From contig JAUVZJ010000006.1 of NCBI GenBank assembly GCA_030602585.1, positions 444 to 64,443 on the forward strand: 64,000 bases of DNA, read 5' to 3'. Made by a program: the position numbers and the translations under genes. Below the pieces are notes generated by a model. It did no database searches. It had not been told where the DNA came from and was given only the letters and a program-made list of their open reading frames with translations. This document shows, one piece after another, positions 49,507-60,070 of this stretch. Within the stretch, counting starts at the first letter, position 1; every line of letters starts with the position of its first letter. The stretch is from Candidatus Methanophagales archaeon (GTDB lineage: Archaea; Halobacteriota; Syntropharchaeia; Alkanophagales; Methanospirareceae).

Positions 49507-51297
49507 ATGAATGGCATGAGCACAAAGAGAGAAATAAGAACGCCTATACTCTCAGTTCTGGGACACATAGACCATGGTAAGACCACTTTACTCGATTCCA
49601 TAAGGGGCACTGCGATAACAGTGAAGGAAGCAGGACGTGTAACACAGCATATAGGCGCAACAGAAATTCCCGTTGATACGATAAAGAAGATTTGTGAACC
49701 CTTAAAAAGAGACTGGACGGGAATAGAAGTCCCTGGTTTGCTTTTCATTGACACGCCAGGGCATCATGCTTTCGCCTCTTTGAGGAAAAGGGGAAGTGCT
49801 TTAGCCGACGTTGCGGTTCTTGTGGTGGACGTGATGGAGGGATTCCAGCCGCAAACATACGAATCGTTAAACATTTTAAAATTATTAAAAACGCCGTTTG
49901 TCGTTGCATTAAACAAAATAGACCGTATAAAGGGGTGGAATTCAAAGAAGGAACCTTTCTTTATCAATTGTAAAGACCAGCCGGAATATGCGATGAAGGA
50001 ACTGGATGCGAAAATATATGAAATAGTGGGCGACCTTTACGATAAAGGCTTCTCGACCGAGCGGTATGACCGGATAAAAGACTTCTCAAGAAATGTGAGT
50101 ATCGTGCCGGTGAGTGCGAAGACCGGGGAAGGTATTGCAGATTTGCTACTCGTGCTCATAGGCTTATCGCAGAAGTTCTTTGAACGAACTTTGAAGCTAC
50201 ATTTAGAAGATGCGGGCGTTGGCACTATATTGGAGAAGAAGGAGGAGAGAGGGCTCGGAACCACGATTGACGTGATATTATACGATGGAAAGATCGGCGT
50301 GGGCGATACGATAGTGATAGGAAGCACAGAGGAGACGCCAATAGTAACAAAAGTGAAGGCGTTGTTGAAGCCACGCGCTTTGCAGGAAATACGAATGGAG
50401 CAAAGATTTGATCGTGTGAAAACGGTGAATGCCGCTTCTGGCGTGAAAATAGTAGCCCCGGATATAGAAAATGCGCTTCCCGGTTCGCAGGTAAGGGTGG
50501 TGAAAGAGGAGGATGTGCTTGAGAGCGTGGTGAAAGAGGTGAAGAGCGAGATCGAGGAGATGAAAATGGAGACAAGCCCGGAAGGAATAATCATAAGGGC
50601 GGATACAATCGGGTCGCTGGAAGCGCTTGCTCTTGAGCTGAAAGGTGACGAGATAGTCGAGATAAAAAAGGCGGAAGTCGGGAATATATCTAAAAGAGAT
50701 GTGATAGACGCTACTACGGTTAAGAATCGTTATTCCAGGGTTATTTTGGGCTTTAACGTTGATATACTTCCGGATGCAAAAGAAATAGCTTTGCAAAACG
50801 GGATACCCGTGTTTATAAACGATGTTATTTACCGATTGATAGAAGATTACGCGAATTGGGTGAAGGAAGAGCGGGAGAAAGAGAAGCGGGATAGAGCGGA
50901 GCGGCTGACTACGCCTGCTAAGATAAAAATACTGCCTGGGTGTGTGTTCAGACAAAGCAAGCCTGCTATCGTGGGTGTAGAAGTTTTGGGTGGTAAAATA
51001 AGAACCGGTGTGGAACTGGTAAAAGCGGATGGGGCAAACGTTGGAAAGATAAATGAGATACAGGATAAAGGAGAGAGCATAAAAAGTGCAGAGCAGGGGA
51101 TGCAGGTCGCTATTTCAATGAAAAAACCGACGGTGGGGCGGCAAATAAATGAGAAGGATGTTTTATACGTGGATATTACCGAAGAGGAAATGAAAGAGAT
51201 AAAAATGATAAGGGGTTTGTTGTCGGCAGATGAAGAAGAAGTGCTGGGGGAATTGCTGGAGATAAAGAGAAGTAGGAATCCTGTTTGGGGTGAATGA
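49507..51297 (+). CDS. infB: Translation initiation factor aIF5B (IF-2)
   Basis: LGHIDHGKT, TQHIGAT, DTPGH, NKID, VFRQSKPAIVG. Confidence 0.96.
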   Translation: MNGMSTKREIRTPILSVLGHIDHGKTTLLDSIRGTAITVKEAGRVTQHIGATEIPVDTIKKICEPLKRDWTGIEVPGLLFIDTPGHHAFASLRKRGSALADVAVLVVDVMEGFQPQTYESLNILKLLKTPFVVALNKIDRIKGWNSKKEPFFINCKDQPEYAMKELDAKIYEIVGDLYDKGFSTERYDRIKDFSRNVSIVPVSAKTGEGIADLLLVLIGLSQKFFERTLKLHLEDAGVGTILEKKEERGLGTTIDVILYDGKIGVGDTIVIGSTEETPIVTKVKALLKPRALQEIRMEQRFDRVKTVNAASGVKIVAPDIENALPGSQVRVVKEEDVLESVVKEVKSEIEEMKMETSPEGIIIRADTIGSLEALALELKGDEIVEIKKAEVGNISKRDVIDATTVKNRYSRVILGFNVDILPDAKEIALQNGIPVFINDVIYRLIEDYANWVKEEREKEKRDRAERLTTPAKIKILPGCVFRQSKPAIVGVEVLGGKIRTGVELVKADGANVGKINEIQDKGESIKSAEQGMQVAISMKKPTVGRQINEKDVLYVDITEEEMKEIKMIRGLLSADEEEVLGELLEIKRSRNPVWGE

Positions 51298-51322
51298 AGT
51301 GTGGCACGTTTGTAAAATGGTT

Positions 51323-51411
51323 TTTACCGCTGAGCCCGCAGAGAACACAGAGAGTCAGAAAAATCATTTATCTTATTTCATCTTAGCGCTCTCCGTGACC
51401 ACGGCGGTAAA
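51323..51411. repeat. ACCGC.GAG..CGCAGAG-type inverted repeat between convergent genes
   Basis: TTTACCGCTGAGCCCGCAGAGAACACAGAG / CTTAGCGCTCTCCGTGACCACGGCGGTAAA; same family as 33152-33290. Confidence 0.7.
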
Positions 51412-51422
51412 CAAATAAGGGT

Positions 51423-52232
51423 TTAGTTTTGGATTTTCCTCGCTACAAAAATGAACCCGGTATGAGCAATCATTTTATGTTCAGGACGCATGCTTCTACC
51501 CTTTATCTCCCAGCCGCGCATACCAACCTCATAAATACTCATAACACGGAAGCTTCGCGGGTATCTCAACTCCAGCCGTTTCGATAGCTTGTATATCTGC
51601 AACACGGTAGGATTGTAACACAGGAGTATTCCACCGTTTCTCAGCGATTGTTCTATGTGCTTCAGCACTCGCCAGGGCTCTTGAAGGTCCAATATTATTC
51701 TATCCAATTCTTTCTCTTCTATGCCTTCATACACATCCTTATCCTTTAATATCAACTCCCCTGAATGTTCTTTTCCTGTACTTTCTACTTTGCCGAAGAA
51801 TGTTTCTATGTTTTTTCGTGCGATTTCCGAGAATTCCTTCCTCCTTTCATACGATACCACTTTACCGTCCTTGCCCACAGCACGTAACAAAGCCATCGTA
51901 AGAGCTCCTGAGCCTGACCCCGCTTCTAATACCTTTGCACCCGGAAATATGTCCGCGAGCATTAAAATGGCTGCGATGTCCTTGGGGTATATTATTTGCG
52001 AACCTTTCCGCATCTTTGATATGTATTCTGCTAAAGTTGGTCTGACGATCAGGAGGTTTTCTCCACCGGCGGACTTTATAACACTTCCGTCCTCTAATCC
52101 TATTATCTCGTCATGCGAGATTGTGCCACGGGTGAAAGAGAAAGAGGAGCCCGTTTTCAATAAAATCCGGTATCTTTTACCTTTTTTATCTATCAGATGC
52201 ACGAGCTCGCCTTCTTTCATACGCATTGACAT
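51423..52232 (-). CDS. trmI: tRNA (adenine-N1)-methyltransferase
   Basis: QIIYPKD, VLEAGSGSGALT, LDLQEPW, RPEHKMIAHTGF. Confidence 0.93.
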   Translation of the reverse strand: MSMRMKEGELVHLIDKKGKRYRILLKTGSSFSFTRGTISHDEIIGLEDGSVIKSAGGENLLIVRPTLAEYISKMRKGSQIIYPKDIAAILMLADIFPGAKVLEAGSGSGALTMALLRAVGKDGKVVSYERRKEFSEIARKNIETFFGKVESTGKEHSGELILKDKDVYEGIEEKELDRIILDLQEPWRVLKHIEQSLRNGGILLCYNPTVLQIYKLSKRLELRYPRSFRVMSIYEVGMRGWEIKGRSMRPEHKMIAHTGFIFVARKIQN

Positions 52233-52451
52233 TGATTTAATATTGACTTAGGTGAATAATAAGGGGGGATTTTTGGGTGTCTTAAAGACCGACCATATGC
52301 TTTGCACCTAAATTCACGTTTGCACTTTTATTCGGTTAGTTGCACCTTTATTCGCTCATAATTAGTATCTTAGGAGCACAGCCGCTTTGCTCCCAAAACA
52401 CCAATCAGAAGAATACAAGTGATGAACACAAATGTTTTTATATGGAAAAGA

Positions 52452-53126
52452 TTAACTGGCAAAATCTGCGAATAAATGCAATAGCATTATCTCCGTGCCA
52501 GTGTATCTTTGGATATGAACAGTCTCAAAAATTAGTGAGTGCGCAACAAAACCTCCAACCTTATTGAATGGTATTTTTTCATTTGTTTTTGCTTTCCTCT
52601 TTTCTAATGCTTTCTTGACAGCTACTATAGCTTCATCAATGGGTTTGGACAATATGTAGCCTAACATAATTCCATGACTATGGCCATAACTATATCTTCC
52701 CTCTATGAAGTCAAGTACACCTTCTTCTACATATAGACCCCCATGTCTTTTTCCTTCACCAAAAAGGAGTTTCGCCTCTACGGCCAAGTAACCATTAGGG
52801 GAATAATTGTCCCAAGTGAATTTGATGTCTATTTGAGAATATTTAATATTAGTTAGGGGATGTACAAGATTTAAACTAAGAGGCTCTGCACGGATTTTAT
52901 ACGTCTCTTGTTCTTTTTGTATTTCATTTACCAGTTCTATTGTAATTGTATTTTCAAGTGTTTTCTTCTTTCTATTCTTTTGTGACCTGCATAATTGTTT
53001 AACAAAATTTTTTTGTCTTAGCTGGTCTGAACCCAGTATCAACAAATTTAATGCCGCCTTTAAGTAAGCAGAAGGAATTGAGAAAGTTGGCTTTCCTTTA
53101 TAGTGTCCCTGTTTATAATTTGCCAT
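52452..53126 (-). CDS. PD-(D/E)xK-like protein downstream of an N6-MTase
   Basis: ENTIT, IDIKF...AVEAKLL, YVEEGVLDF..GRYS, GIMLGY; 14-nt overlap with the MTase. Confidence 0.6.
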   Translation of the reverse strand: MANYKQGHYKGKPTFSIPSAYLKAALNLLILGSDQLRQKNFVKQLCRSQKNRKKKTLENTITIELVNEIQKEQETYKIRAEPLSLNLVHPLTNIKYSQIDIKFTWDNYSPNGYLAVEAKLLFGEGKRHGGLYVEEGVLDFIEGRYSYGHSHGIMLGYILSKPIDEAIVAVKKALEKRKAKTNEKIPFNKVGGFVAHSLIFETVHIQRYTGTEIMLLHLFADFAS

Positions 53127-56100
53127 CTCGATTCTCCATATGCTCCCTGATGATTTCGTCAGCATCATTCAAAGCTGACGATTCAGACCAAAATCTTTCT
53201 TCTGATGGTTTAATGATGTACAAACGTTCCCCTTCATATACCCTGAGATGGCCCCATGCATATACCCCTCCAGAAATCTCGTTTTTTACATTTTCTGATA
53301 ATTTTATCAGTGCCTCTTCTATCCCCTTAACTTTCTTTGGTTCATCTGCTTGTTTTGCTCTTTGTGATGTTTGTCTGAACTCCACTAATGTTAAAGAAGG
53401 AGATTTATCTTCTAGTTCGTATAATTGATAAATCACTTTTTTGCCTTCTAATGCCAACAGGTCATTTAATTGTTCGCATAACCTATTTGCGTACTTCTCT
53501 AATTGTTTTAATGTTGGACTGCGGATACTTCTTAGTCGACTTTTCTTTTTCTTTCGGTTTAAAAAGTGATCTATTGTATAATTAATCATGTCCTCCACAA
53601 TAATGCGTTCTTCCTTGGTTAATTCATACAGGTCGCAAACAGATTTGAATAAAGAGTCTTCTAGACCCTTGATTTCTGATGAAGAGGCAGATTTCCACGA
53701 TTCACACAGCTTATTTTCGATTGCAATTACTTCATTCCATCTATTATCCTCTAAATCAAGGATAGACTTGGGCAATGGAACATTAAGCCAATCTTTTTGT
53801 TCAATCAACTTAAAATGCCAACCAAAACTATCCCCTAGCAAAAATGCGAAATATATGCCGAGTTTGGTGTTAAGAACTGCGTTAATTCTATGTGCTATTT
53901 GTTCGCCTTTATTATAAAAGGATATTCCAATAAATATACCTGAAAAGATAGTATCATGCGGTGTAAAAGCAACTCTTGTTTCGTTTTCTATTAAACTTCT
54001 GCGGAAAATCAATAAAGGGCCTCTAAATAATTCAATGCTTCTTTTCCGGCCCAATTTTCTATAAGAAAAGATAGGTAAGATTTCAGAATCTACGCAATAC
54101 TTAAAGTTTTTATCTTCTTCAAGATTAGGAAGTAAAAAGTATTCATGGAAATTGCTCTCATCATATACAGATCCATGTTCATAACCTTGGCCATATTGGT
54201 TATCTGGAATGCCGATTTGCTTTAAAACATTTTTCAATGTAAAATTTTTATAGAGTTTCTGAATTAATTCAAAATCTCTTTGTGTCCCTCTAAATGCTAT
54301 TTTCCATAGATGGGGATTTTCGATTAAAAGGTCAGTAGATATTGTTTGAATATCTGATGAATGTATAATTATGTCCTCTCTCCTTTTTATCCCCGAATAC
54401 CATTTGGGGCAGATATATGTGATGCAAGAATTCATTTCAGGAGCGTGTGGCCTGTATATGAATACACTGCCTGGCATTCCAGTACTTCCTCCCCTCCCTT
54501 TTTTATCCCCAAACAATATTTTTGAGTCGGAAAGGTCGGAAAGATTAAAAACTAATTCAACGAAATTTTCCGTTAAAAATGAATTTAACCAAAAATTATC
54601 CGATGCTTTTTTCTGTTGATAGAAAATCCTACTTGAGATAATAAATGCGATTTTAGTCTTTGGTTTAGCAAAATCTTTCACACGAATCATAATTGCTTGG
54701 TCAGGGCGATTTCTATAAATCTTCTTTTTCTTACAATAATCTAATGCCCATTGTTTACCTAATGCCGGGTTTTCAGGATCGCAAGGCGCCGTATCTTCTC
54801 CTAACTTCGTCCACGGAAGGTTCCCTACGATGAGGTCGAATTTTAGACTTTTGAACGGTTCATTTCGATTAAATATATGCTCCGAATTGCAGATATCCTG
54901 TATATAGAGTGGTGGATAATAATCCTCCTCCCATTGTGGGTGATAAATGAGTTTTGGGAATTTAATAACTTCTGGATTGGTGAAATTCTCATCGAGTTCC
55001 AATAACGCCAAATAGAGACTGAAGGCAGTAACTTCAACGGCTCCAGGTTCAACGTCCACCCCATATATCTGGTTCAAGAATATTTGGAGAATCTCATCGT
55101 GGCTGAGCTTTCTACCTAATTTACGGCTTCTTTTCAAAACAAGTCTGCGAAAAGCATCCACAAGAAAAACGCCTGATCCACAGGCAGGGTCGAGAATACG
55201 AGCATCATCCGACAAATCCAGCATTGCTATAGATTGAACCAGTTCTACGAGATGGAACTTTGTATAGTGAATGCTCTTTGCCCTTGCGTCGATCGGATCC
55301 TTTGAGTGTGCAAACATCTCATAAATACTGCTTATCAATTCAATTGGAATTATATCAAAACTATATGGCCATAGTCTTTTCTGACCTTTTATGTTATTGT
55401 TATCATCAAATTCAATACCACTCATCACAGTACCATCAAAGAATGCACGTATAATTTTGTACGGTTTATCATCTCTAATTTTTTTTTCATCCTCCTTATA
55501 TAGTGGAAATAAATCACCATTGAACGTTATTCGTAGCCATTGGAAAAAATTGTCGAGTTGTTCTCTATCAGTTAACAAATCTTTAATATCCCCATGTTCA
55601 AAATTCGCCTTTAAGAATTCTGGTGTGATAATTTTACGATCCCATAAATATGCCATAAAAATAGCCCTTCCAAGGAGCGCATGAGCAATATGAACTGGGA
55701 CACGATCGCTATCACCTCTAGTTAATTTTTGCTCAGTATCCCATAAATCATCCAATAATGATTTTTCAACTCGCTGATTGGGGTCAATTTGTCTCCCAAC
55801 GCCACTTTCCCAAAATTTACCTGTATCAAATAACTCTCGCCTAAATTGTTCGACATCTTTCAGTCCTTCAGAAGTTATTTCCAATACATCTAAAATATGA
55901 GTGTCTTCAGTATCTTCTTCTTGTGGACGGGCAAATGCATCATATATACGCACCTCAGTTGGGCTAATTAACCAAAGAATAGGAGCCCTACCAGTGTTCC
56001 AAACATCTTTCCTAATTTGTTTTATCTGTTCTTTAGATATTCCTTCAATGTCTTTAAAATAGATGCAGGAGTGTCCAGCCCTTCCTTTAAGAGTTGCAGG

Positions 56101-56298
56101 GGTTTCATAAATCAAATCGATCTTCGCTTCGTGTTGATTTTCATCTAGAATACGCCCGTGACGGAGGAAAACCTCATCTTCTTTTTCTGCCTTTTCTCTA
56201 TCATACAGCCCATCCACAAAGTCCCCACTATCTGTGAGAAAACCTGCCGACTTCAATGTAATGTTAATGGATTTTTTTAGCGTCAGCACTTCACTCAT
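53113..56298 (-). CDS. Large N6-adenine DNA methyltransferase (type IIG/type I M-like)
   Basis: FNGDLFP, IPIELISSIYE, HYTK, LDPACGSGVFL, YGVDV, VGNLPW. Confidence 0.85.
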   Translation of the reverse strand: MSEVLTLKKSINITLKSAGFLTDSGDFVDGLYDREKAEKEDEVFLRHGRILDENQHEAKIDLIYETPATLKGRAGHSCIYFKDIEGISKEQIKQIRKDVWNTGRAPILWLISPTEVRIYDAFARPQEEDTEDTHILDVLEITSEGLKDVEQFRRELFDTGKFWESGVGRQIDPNQRVEKSLLDDLWDTEQKLTRGDSDRVPVHIAHALLGRAIFMAYLWDRKIITPEFLKANFEHGDIKDLLTDREQLDNFFQWLRITFNGDLFPLYKEDEKKIRDDKPYKIIRAFFDGTVMSGIEFDDNNNIKGQKRLWPYSFDIIPIELISSIYEMFAHSKDPIDARAKSIHYTKFHLVELVQSIAMLDLSDDARILDPACGSGVFLVDAFRRLVLKRSRKLGRKLSHDEILQIFLNQIYGVDVEPGAVEVTAFSLYLALLELDENFTNPEVIKFPKLIYHPQWEEDYYPPLYIQDICNSEHIFNRNEPFKSLKFDLIVGNLPWTKLGEDTAPCDPENPALGKQWALDYCKKKKIYRNRPDQAIMIRVKDFAKPKTKIAFIISSRIFYQQKKASDNFWLNSFLTENFVELVFNLSDLSDSKILFGDKKGRGGSTGMPGSVFIYRPHAPEMNSCITYICPKWYSGIKRREDIIIHSSDIQTISTDLLIENPHLWKIAFRGTQRDFELIQKLYKNFTLKNVLKQIGIPDNQYGQGYEHGSVYDESNFHEYFLLPNLEEDKNFKYCVDSEILPIFSYRKLGRKRSIELFRGPLLIFRRSLIENETRVAFTPHDTIFSGIFIGISFYNKGEQIAHRINAVLNTKLGIYFAFLLGDSFGWHFKLIEQKDWLNVPLPKSILDLEDNRWNEVIAIENKLCESWKSASSSEIKGLEDSLFKSVCDLYELTKEERIIVEDMINYTIDHFLNRKKKKSRLRSIRSPTLKQLEKYANRLCEQLNDLLALEGKKVIYQLYELEDKSPSLTLVEFRQTSQRAKQADEPKKVKGIEEALIKLSENVKNEISGGVYAWGHLRVYEGERLYIIKPSEERFWSESSALNDADEIIREHMENRDGKL

Positions 56299-56355
56299 TC
56301 ATTTCTCCCCCTATCTTCCCTTCACCACACACATTTTGGTACACTTAATACTCTT

Positions 56356-56577
56356 TCACTCCTGCCCCTTTAGATCTTTTAATATTCTTCTCAAATCTTC
56401 AAATGTATAGTTATCTGTGAGATCAGTAACAATCTCAAATATTCCCTTTAGTTGTTCGAGCGTATATTCGTTTTTAGATTTGATTATGCTGAAAGATTTG
56501 GTCTTATCGAACTTATTCTTCTCTTCTCCTTGCTTCTTTATCGTTACTTCCCCCCATCGCTTATTCGCCACTCTCAT
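56356..56577 (-). CDS. Small hypothetical protein
   Basis: 73-aa ORF upstream of and co-oriented with the MTase. Confidence 0.4.
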   Translation of the reverse strand: MRVANKRWGEVTIKKQGEEKNKFDKTKSFSIIKSKNEYTLEQLKGIFEIVTDLTDNYTFEDLRRILKDLKGQE

Positions 56578-56838
56578 ATCTTACACCATAAATTATACTA
56601 TTGGTTATACCAATGGTATAATCTAAATATATATAAGTTTTTCGGAATATTTTTTGAAAAGCTAACAATAATCTGATGTTAAGCCAACCAGTCGCATTCA
56701 CCACTCGCATGAGTCCCACCCCGAAACCCGAAGAGTCACCAGTACCGACCATCGAAAAATTTATAAGTAATACATAACGTATGAAAGTTAAAAGACAAAT
56801 CCATAATGAGCGATGCGGCGCTTGGATGGAATAAAAAA

Positions 56839-57168
56839 ATGGCAACGATCACCATCAAAAAAGGCTATTTGGAGATTTTAAAGACTTTAGGTAGTGCAGA
56901 AACTGTCGTTGAGGACGCAATACGAAAGTATTTAATAGACAAAAGCGTAGAGAGGATTGAGAAAGCAAAGTGGAAAATCAAGGAATTTGAGAGGAAATAC
57001 GATTGTAACTATGCAGAATTTATCGAGACAATATCAAATGAGGAAGGATTAAAAGCAGTTGAAAAGATAAGTCCGAATTGGGAAGCGGATATGACGGAGT
57101 GTGAATACTGGGAGAAGGAACTGGAAGAATGGAAGATGCGATTAGAAGACATTTTGATAAAATCATAG
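56839..57168 (+). CDS. Putative antitoxin
   Basis: IKEFERKYDCNYAEF...WEADMTECEYW pattern; overlaps the next ORF. Confidence 0.6.
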   Translation: MATITIKKGYLEILKTLGSAETVVEDAIRKYLIDKSVERIEKAKWKIKEFERKYDCNYAEFIETISNEEGLKAVEKISPNWEADMTECEYWEKELEEWKMRLEDILIKS

Positions 57169-57335
57169 AGGATGCTAAGGCTGTTATTGAAGATGTTGAG
57201 ATCGAACAGGACTATTCTGTTAAGAGGGCACTTTTAAAAATAAGCGGAATTTTTAGGAATTTTAAAGTCAGGATTAGGGAGGTCATTGATGAAGATAAAC
57301 GGAAATATGCTTATTATTTGATTAGAAAAGATTAA
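57129..57335 (+). pseudogene. Probably truncated DUF6516/TumE-like toxin
   Basis: VRIREVI...RKYAYYL then stop, without the usual DN.PH tail. Confidence 0.5.
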
Positions 57336-57387
57336 ATCAATGAAATAAGAAGATAACTTCAAGCCATGAAAATGGAGACGAGATACA

Positions 57388-59310
57388 ATGCGAAAAAGCA
57401 TAACGCAAAAAATTTTGGAGGGACATACAGTAGAAGGCAAATTTGAACCCGGTAAGGAGATAGCGATAAAAATAGACCAGACTTTAACGCAGGATGCAAC
57501 CGGAACCATGGCTTATTTACAATTCGAAGCGATGAACGTCGAGAGGGTAAAAACAGAGCTCTCTGTGAGTTACATAGACCATAACACGATTCAGGCAGGA
57601 TTTGAGAATGCCGATGACCACCGATACCTCCAGTCTATCGCAGCAAAATATGGTATTCTGTTATCGAAAACGGGAAACGGAATATGTCATCAAGTTCACC
57701 TTGAACGGTTTGGAAAACCAGGGGAAACATTGTTAGGTTCTGATAGCCATACGCCCACTGGTGGTGGAATAGGGATGATTGCGATTGGTGCCGGCGGGTT
57801 GGACGTTGCAGTTGCAATGGGTGGTGGTCCTTTCTATCTCACATGTCCGAAAGTAATAAAACTGAATTTGAAAGGAGAACTGCGTCCCTGGGTAACCGCA
57901 AAAGATGTCACACTAAAAGTTTTGGAGCTGTTCACGACAAAAGGAAATGTTGGCTCTATATTTGAATACGGAGGCGATGGGGTGAAAACACTTTCGGTTC
58001 CTGAACGTGCGACGATAACAAATATGGGCGCAGAATGCGGCGTTACTACTTCTGTGTTCCCCTGTGACGAAATAACAATGCAATTCCTGCAGGCGCAAGG
58101 CAGAGCACAGGATTGGCTTGCAATTAAGGCAGATGAAGATGCAGAATATGCGAAGGTGGTTGAGATTGACTTGAGTGAGGTCGTTCCTCTTGTTGCATGC
58201 CCGCATAGTCCTGACAACGTCAAGCCGGTAACGGAATTGGAAGGCATGGCTGTGAATCAGGTATGCATTGGAAGCTGCACTAATTCTTCATACAAAGACC
58301 TGATGACTGTTGCAAGGATATTGAAGGGTAAAAGGGTTCATCCTGACGTGGATTTTGTAATTGCCCCGGGGTCTAAACAGGTGCTTGAGAATATTTGCAG
58401 AGCAGGCGCATTAACCAACCTCATATCTGCGGGTGCAAGGATTGCAGAGTGTGCCTGCGGATTCTGTATCGGAAACAGTTATGCACCTGCGACGGATGCG
58501 GTATCAATACGGACGAGCAACCGTAATTTTCTTGGTCGTTCCGGGACGAACAGCGCAAAAGTATATTTAGTTAGCCCGGAAACAGCCGCTGCGACGGTTA
58601 TCAGCGGGAAGATGACAGACCCACGAAGTTTCGGAATGGAATATCCGCAGGTGGAGATGCCCGCGAAATTCTATATAGACGACAGCATGATTCTCCAACC
58701 TTCTAAGACGCCTGAGAACGTCGAGATATACCGAGGACCAAATATAGGCGAGCCACCCTCGAATTCTCCGCTGCCTGACGCTATTTTGGGATTCGTGACT
58801 ATCAAAGTAGCTGATAAAATCACCACTGACCACATTATACCGGCAGGTAGCAGGATGAAATACCGGTCTAATATAGCCAAATATGCGGAGTTTGTATTTG
58901 AAATGGTGGATAAGGATTTTTATAAAAGGGCTGTTCAATACCGCGATAAGGGAAAACATAATATCATCGTAGCCGGGGAGAGTTATGGTCAGGGCTCCTC
59001 ACGCGAACATGCGGCACTATGTCCCATGTTTTTGGGTGTAAAGGCAGTGATTGCGAAGTCGTTTGAGCGGATACATGCAGCAAATCTCGTTAATTTCGGG
59101 ATTGCCCCACTCACTTTCAAATCGGAATCGGATTATAATGGCATAGATGTGGGTGACGAGATTGAGATTCCAGGCATAAGGCGGCTGTTGTCAAAGAATG
59201 AGGAATTGGTGGTGAGAAACCAAACGAAAGGGGTTGAATTCGAGGTCTGTTATGAGCTGTCGGAACGGCAGCGTGATATTGTTCTTGCTGGTGGCCGAGG
59301 ACGAAATTGA
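57388..59310 (+). CDS. Aconitate hydratase (single-chain)
   Basis: QDATGT, DHNT, GICHQVH, GSDSHT, IGSCTNS, CGFCIG, TSNRNF, TTDHI, YGQGSSREHAA. Confidence 0.92.
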   Translation: MRKSITQKILEGHTVEGKFEPGKEIAIKIDQTLTQDATGTMAYLQFEAMNVERVKTELSVSYIDHNTIQAGFENADDHRYLQSIAAKYGILLSKTGNGICHQVHLERFGKPGETLLGSDSHTPTGGGIGMIAIGAGGLDVAVAMGGGPFYLTCPKVIKLNLKGELRPWVTAKDVTLKVLELFTTKGNVGSIFEYGGDGVKTLSVPERATITNMGAECGVTTSVFPCDEITMQFLQAQGRAQDWLAIKADEDAEYAKVVEIDLSEVVPLVACPHSPDNVKPVTELEGMAVNQVCIGSCTNSSYKDLMTVARILKGKRVHPDVDFVIAPGSKQVLENICRAGALTNLISAGARIAECACGFCIGNSYAPATDAVSIRTSNRNFLGRSGTNSAKVYLVSPETAAATVISGKMTDPRSFGMEYPQVEMPAKFYIDDSMILQPSKTPENVEIYRGPNIGEPPSNSPLPDAILGFVTIKVADKITTDHIIPAGSRMKYRSNIAKYAEFVFEMVDKDFYKRAVQYRDKGKHNIIVAGESYGQGSSREHAALCPMFLGVKAVIAKSFERIHAANLVNFGIAPLTFKSESDYNGIDVGDEIEIPGIRRLLSKNEELVVRNQTKGVEFEVCYELSERQRDIVLAGGRGRN

Positions 59311-59332
59311 GGAGTGCAGAGAGGTTACGCAA

Positions 59333-59953
59333 TCATTCATCAAGAAGTAAAAAATTTTCATCCAGAATACCCATCGCTTCTTTCTCTCTACGACCACCGC
59401 ATTTCTTGACGATACCGGCATAATGTACCATAAGTTTTTTTAGCTCCTCCTTTTCTCGCTCATCTTCGATTACAACATCATACCTCGTTGCGAGGATAGT
59501 AGCTTCAATCACGGCATTAAGCCCGCGGTTTATCGCTTTTACTTCTTTTCTATTTATTTTTACTGCAATGGGCGTCAATTGAAAGAGGTAAAATTCACTG
59601 CACTCTTCTGCCAGAACGCTCTGGAATATTATCCATGAATTCGCTTCTGTTAATGCCGGTAATCCGGAAAAAAAGGAGAAATAGGTTTCGTTCAGATTAT
59701 CAAATGCTGCTTTCACAAATAAGACTGCGTCATCTGTCACATTCGCCATTAACTTATTTGTTTCCATCAGGTTAGAAAGCGTTTTTGAACCTTCGTATAG
59801 CTTCACAAAATGGTTATTTTTGTCTTTGTCTTTGTCTTCGCTGGTTGTAGTTATTATACCAATAGGAGCTGCGTTAAGCTTCCCGGAAGCTGACTTCGTT
59901 GTAACTATTACTTCTGATATGCCTTCGTCTATCCCGGCTTCTTTTAAGTCCAT
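59333..59953 (-). CDS. DUF447 family protein
   Basis: EVIVTT...NAAPIGI, GSKTLSNL, AINRGLNAVIEATILATR. Confidence 0.85.
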   Translation of the reverse strand: MDLKEAGIDEGISEVIVTTKSASGKLNAAPIGIITTTSEDKDKDKNNHFVKLYEGSKTLSNLMETNKLMANVTDDAVLFVKAAFDNLNETYFSFFSGLPALTEANSWIIFQSVLAEECSEFYLFQLTPIAVKINRKEVKAINRGLNAVIEATILATRYDVVIEDEREKEELKKLMVHYAGIVKKCGGRREKEAMGILDENFLLLDE

Positions 59954-60070
59954 TTTTACACAAACGCTATCAGTTTTCTTCTCAATGTTTTAAAATAGAA
60001 ATGTTGATATGGTATTAGTATTTAAAGTCATGTTAATTTTTTTGATTACGAGCAGGAGAAATAAAATAGC

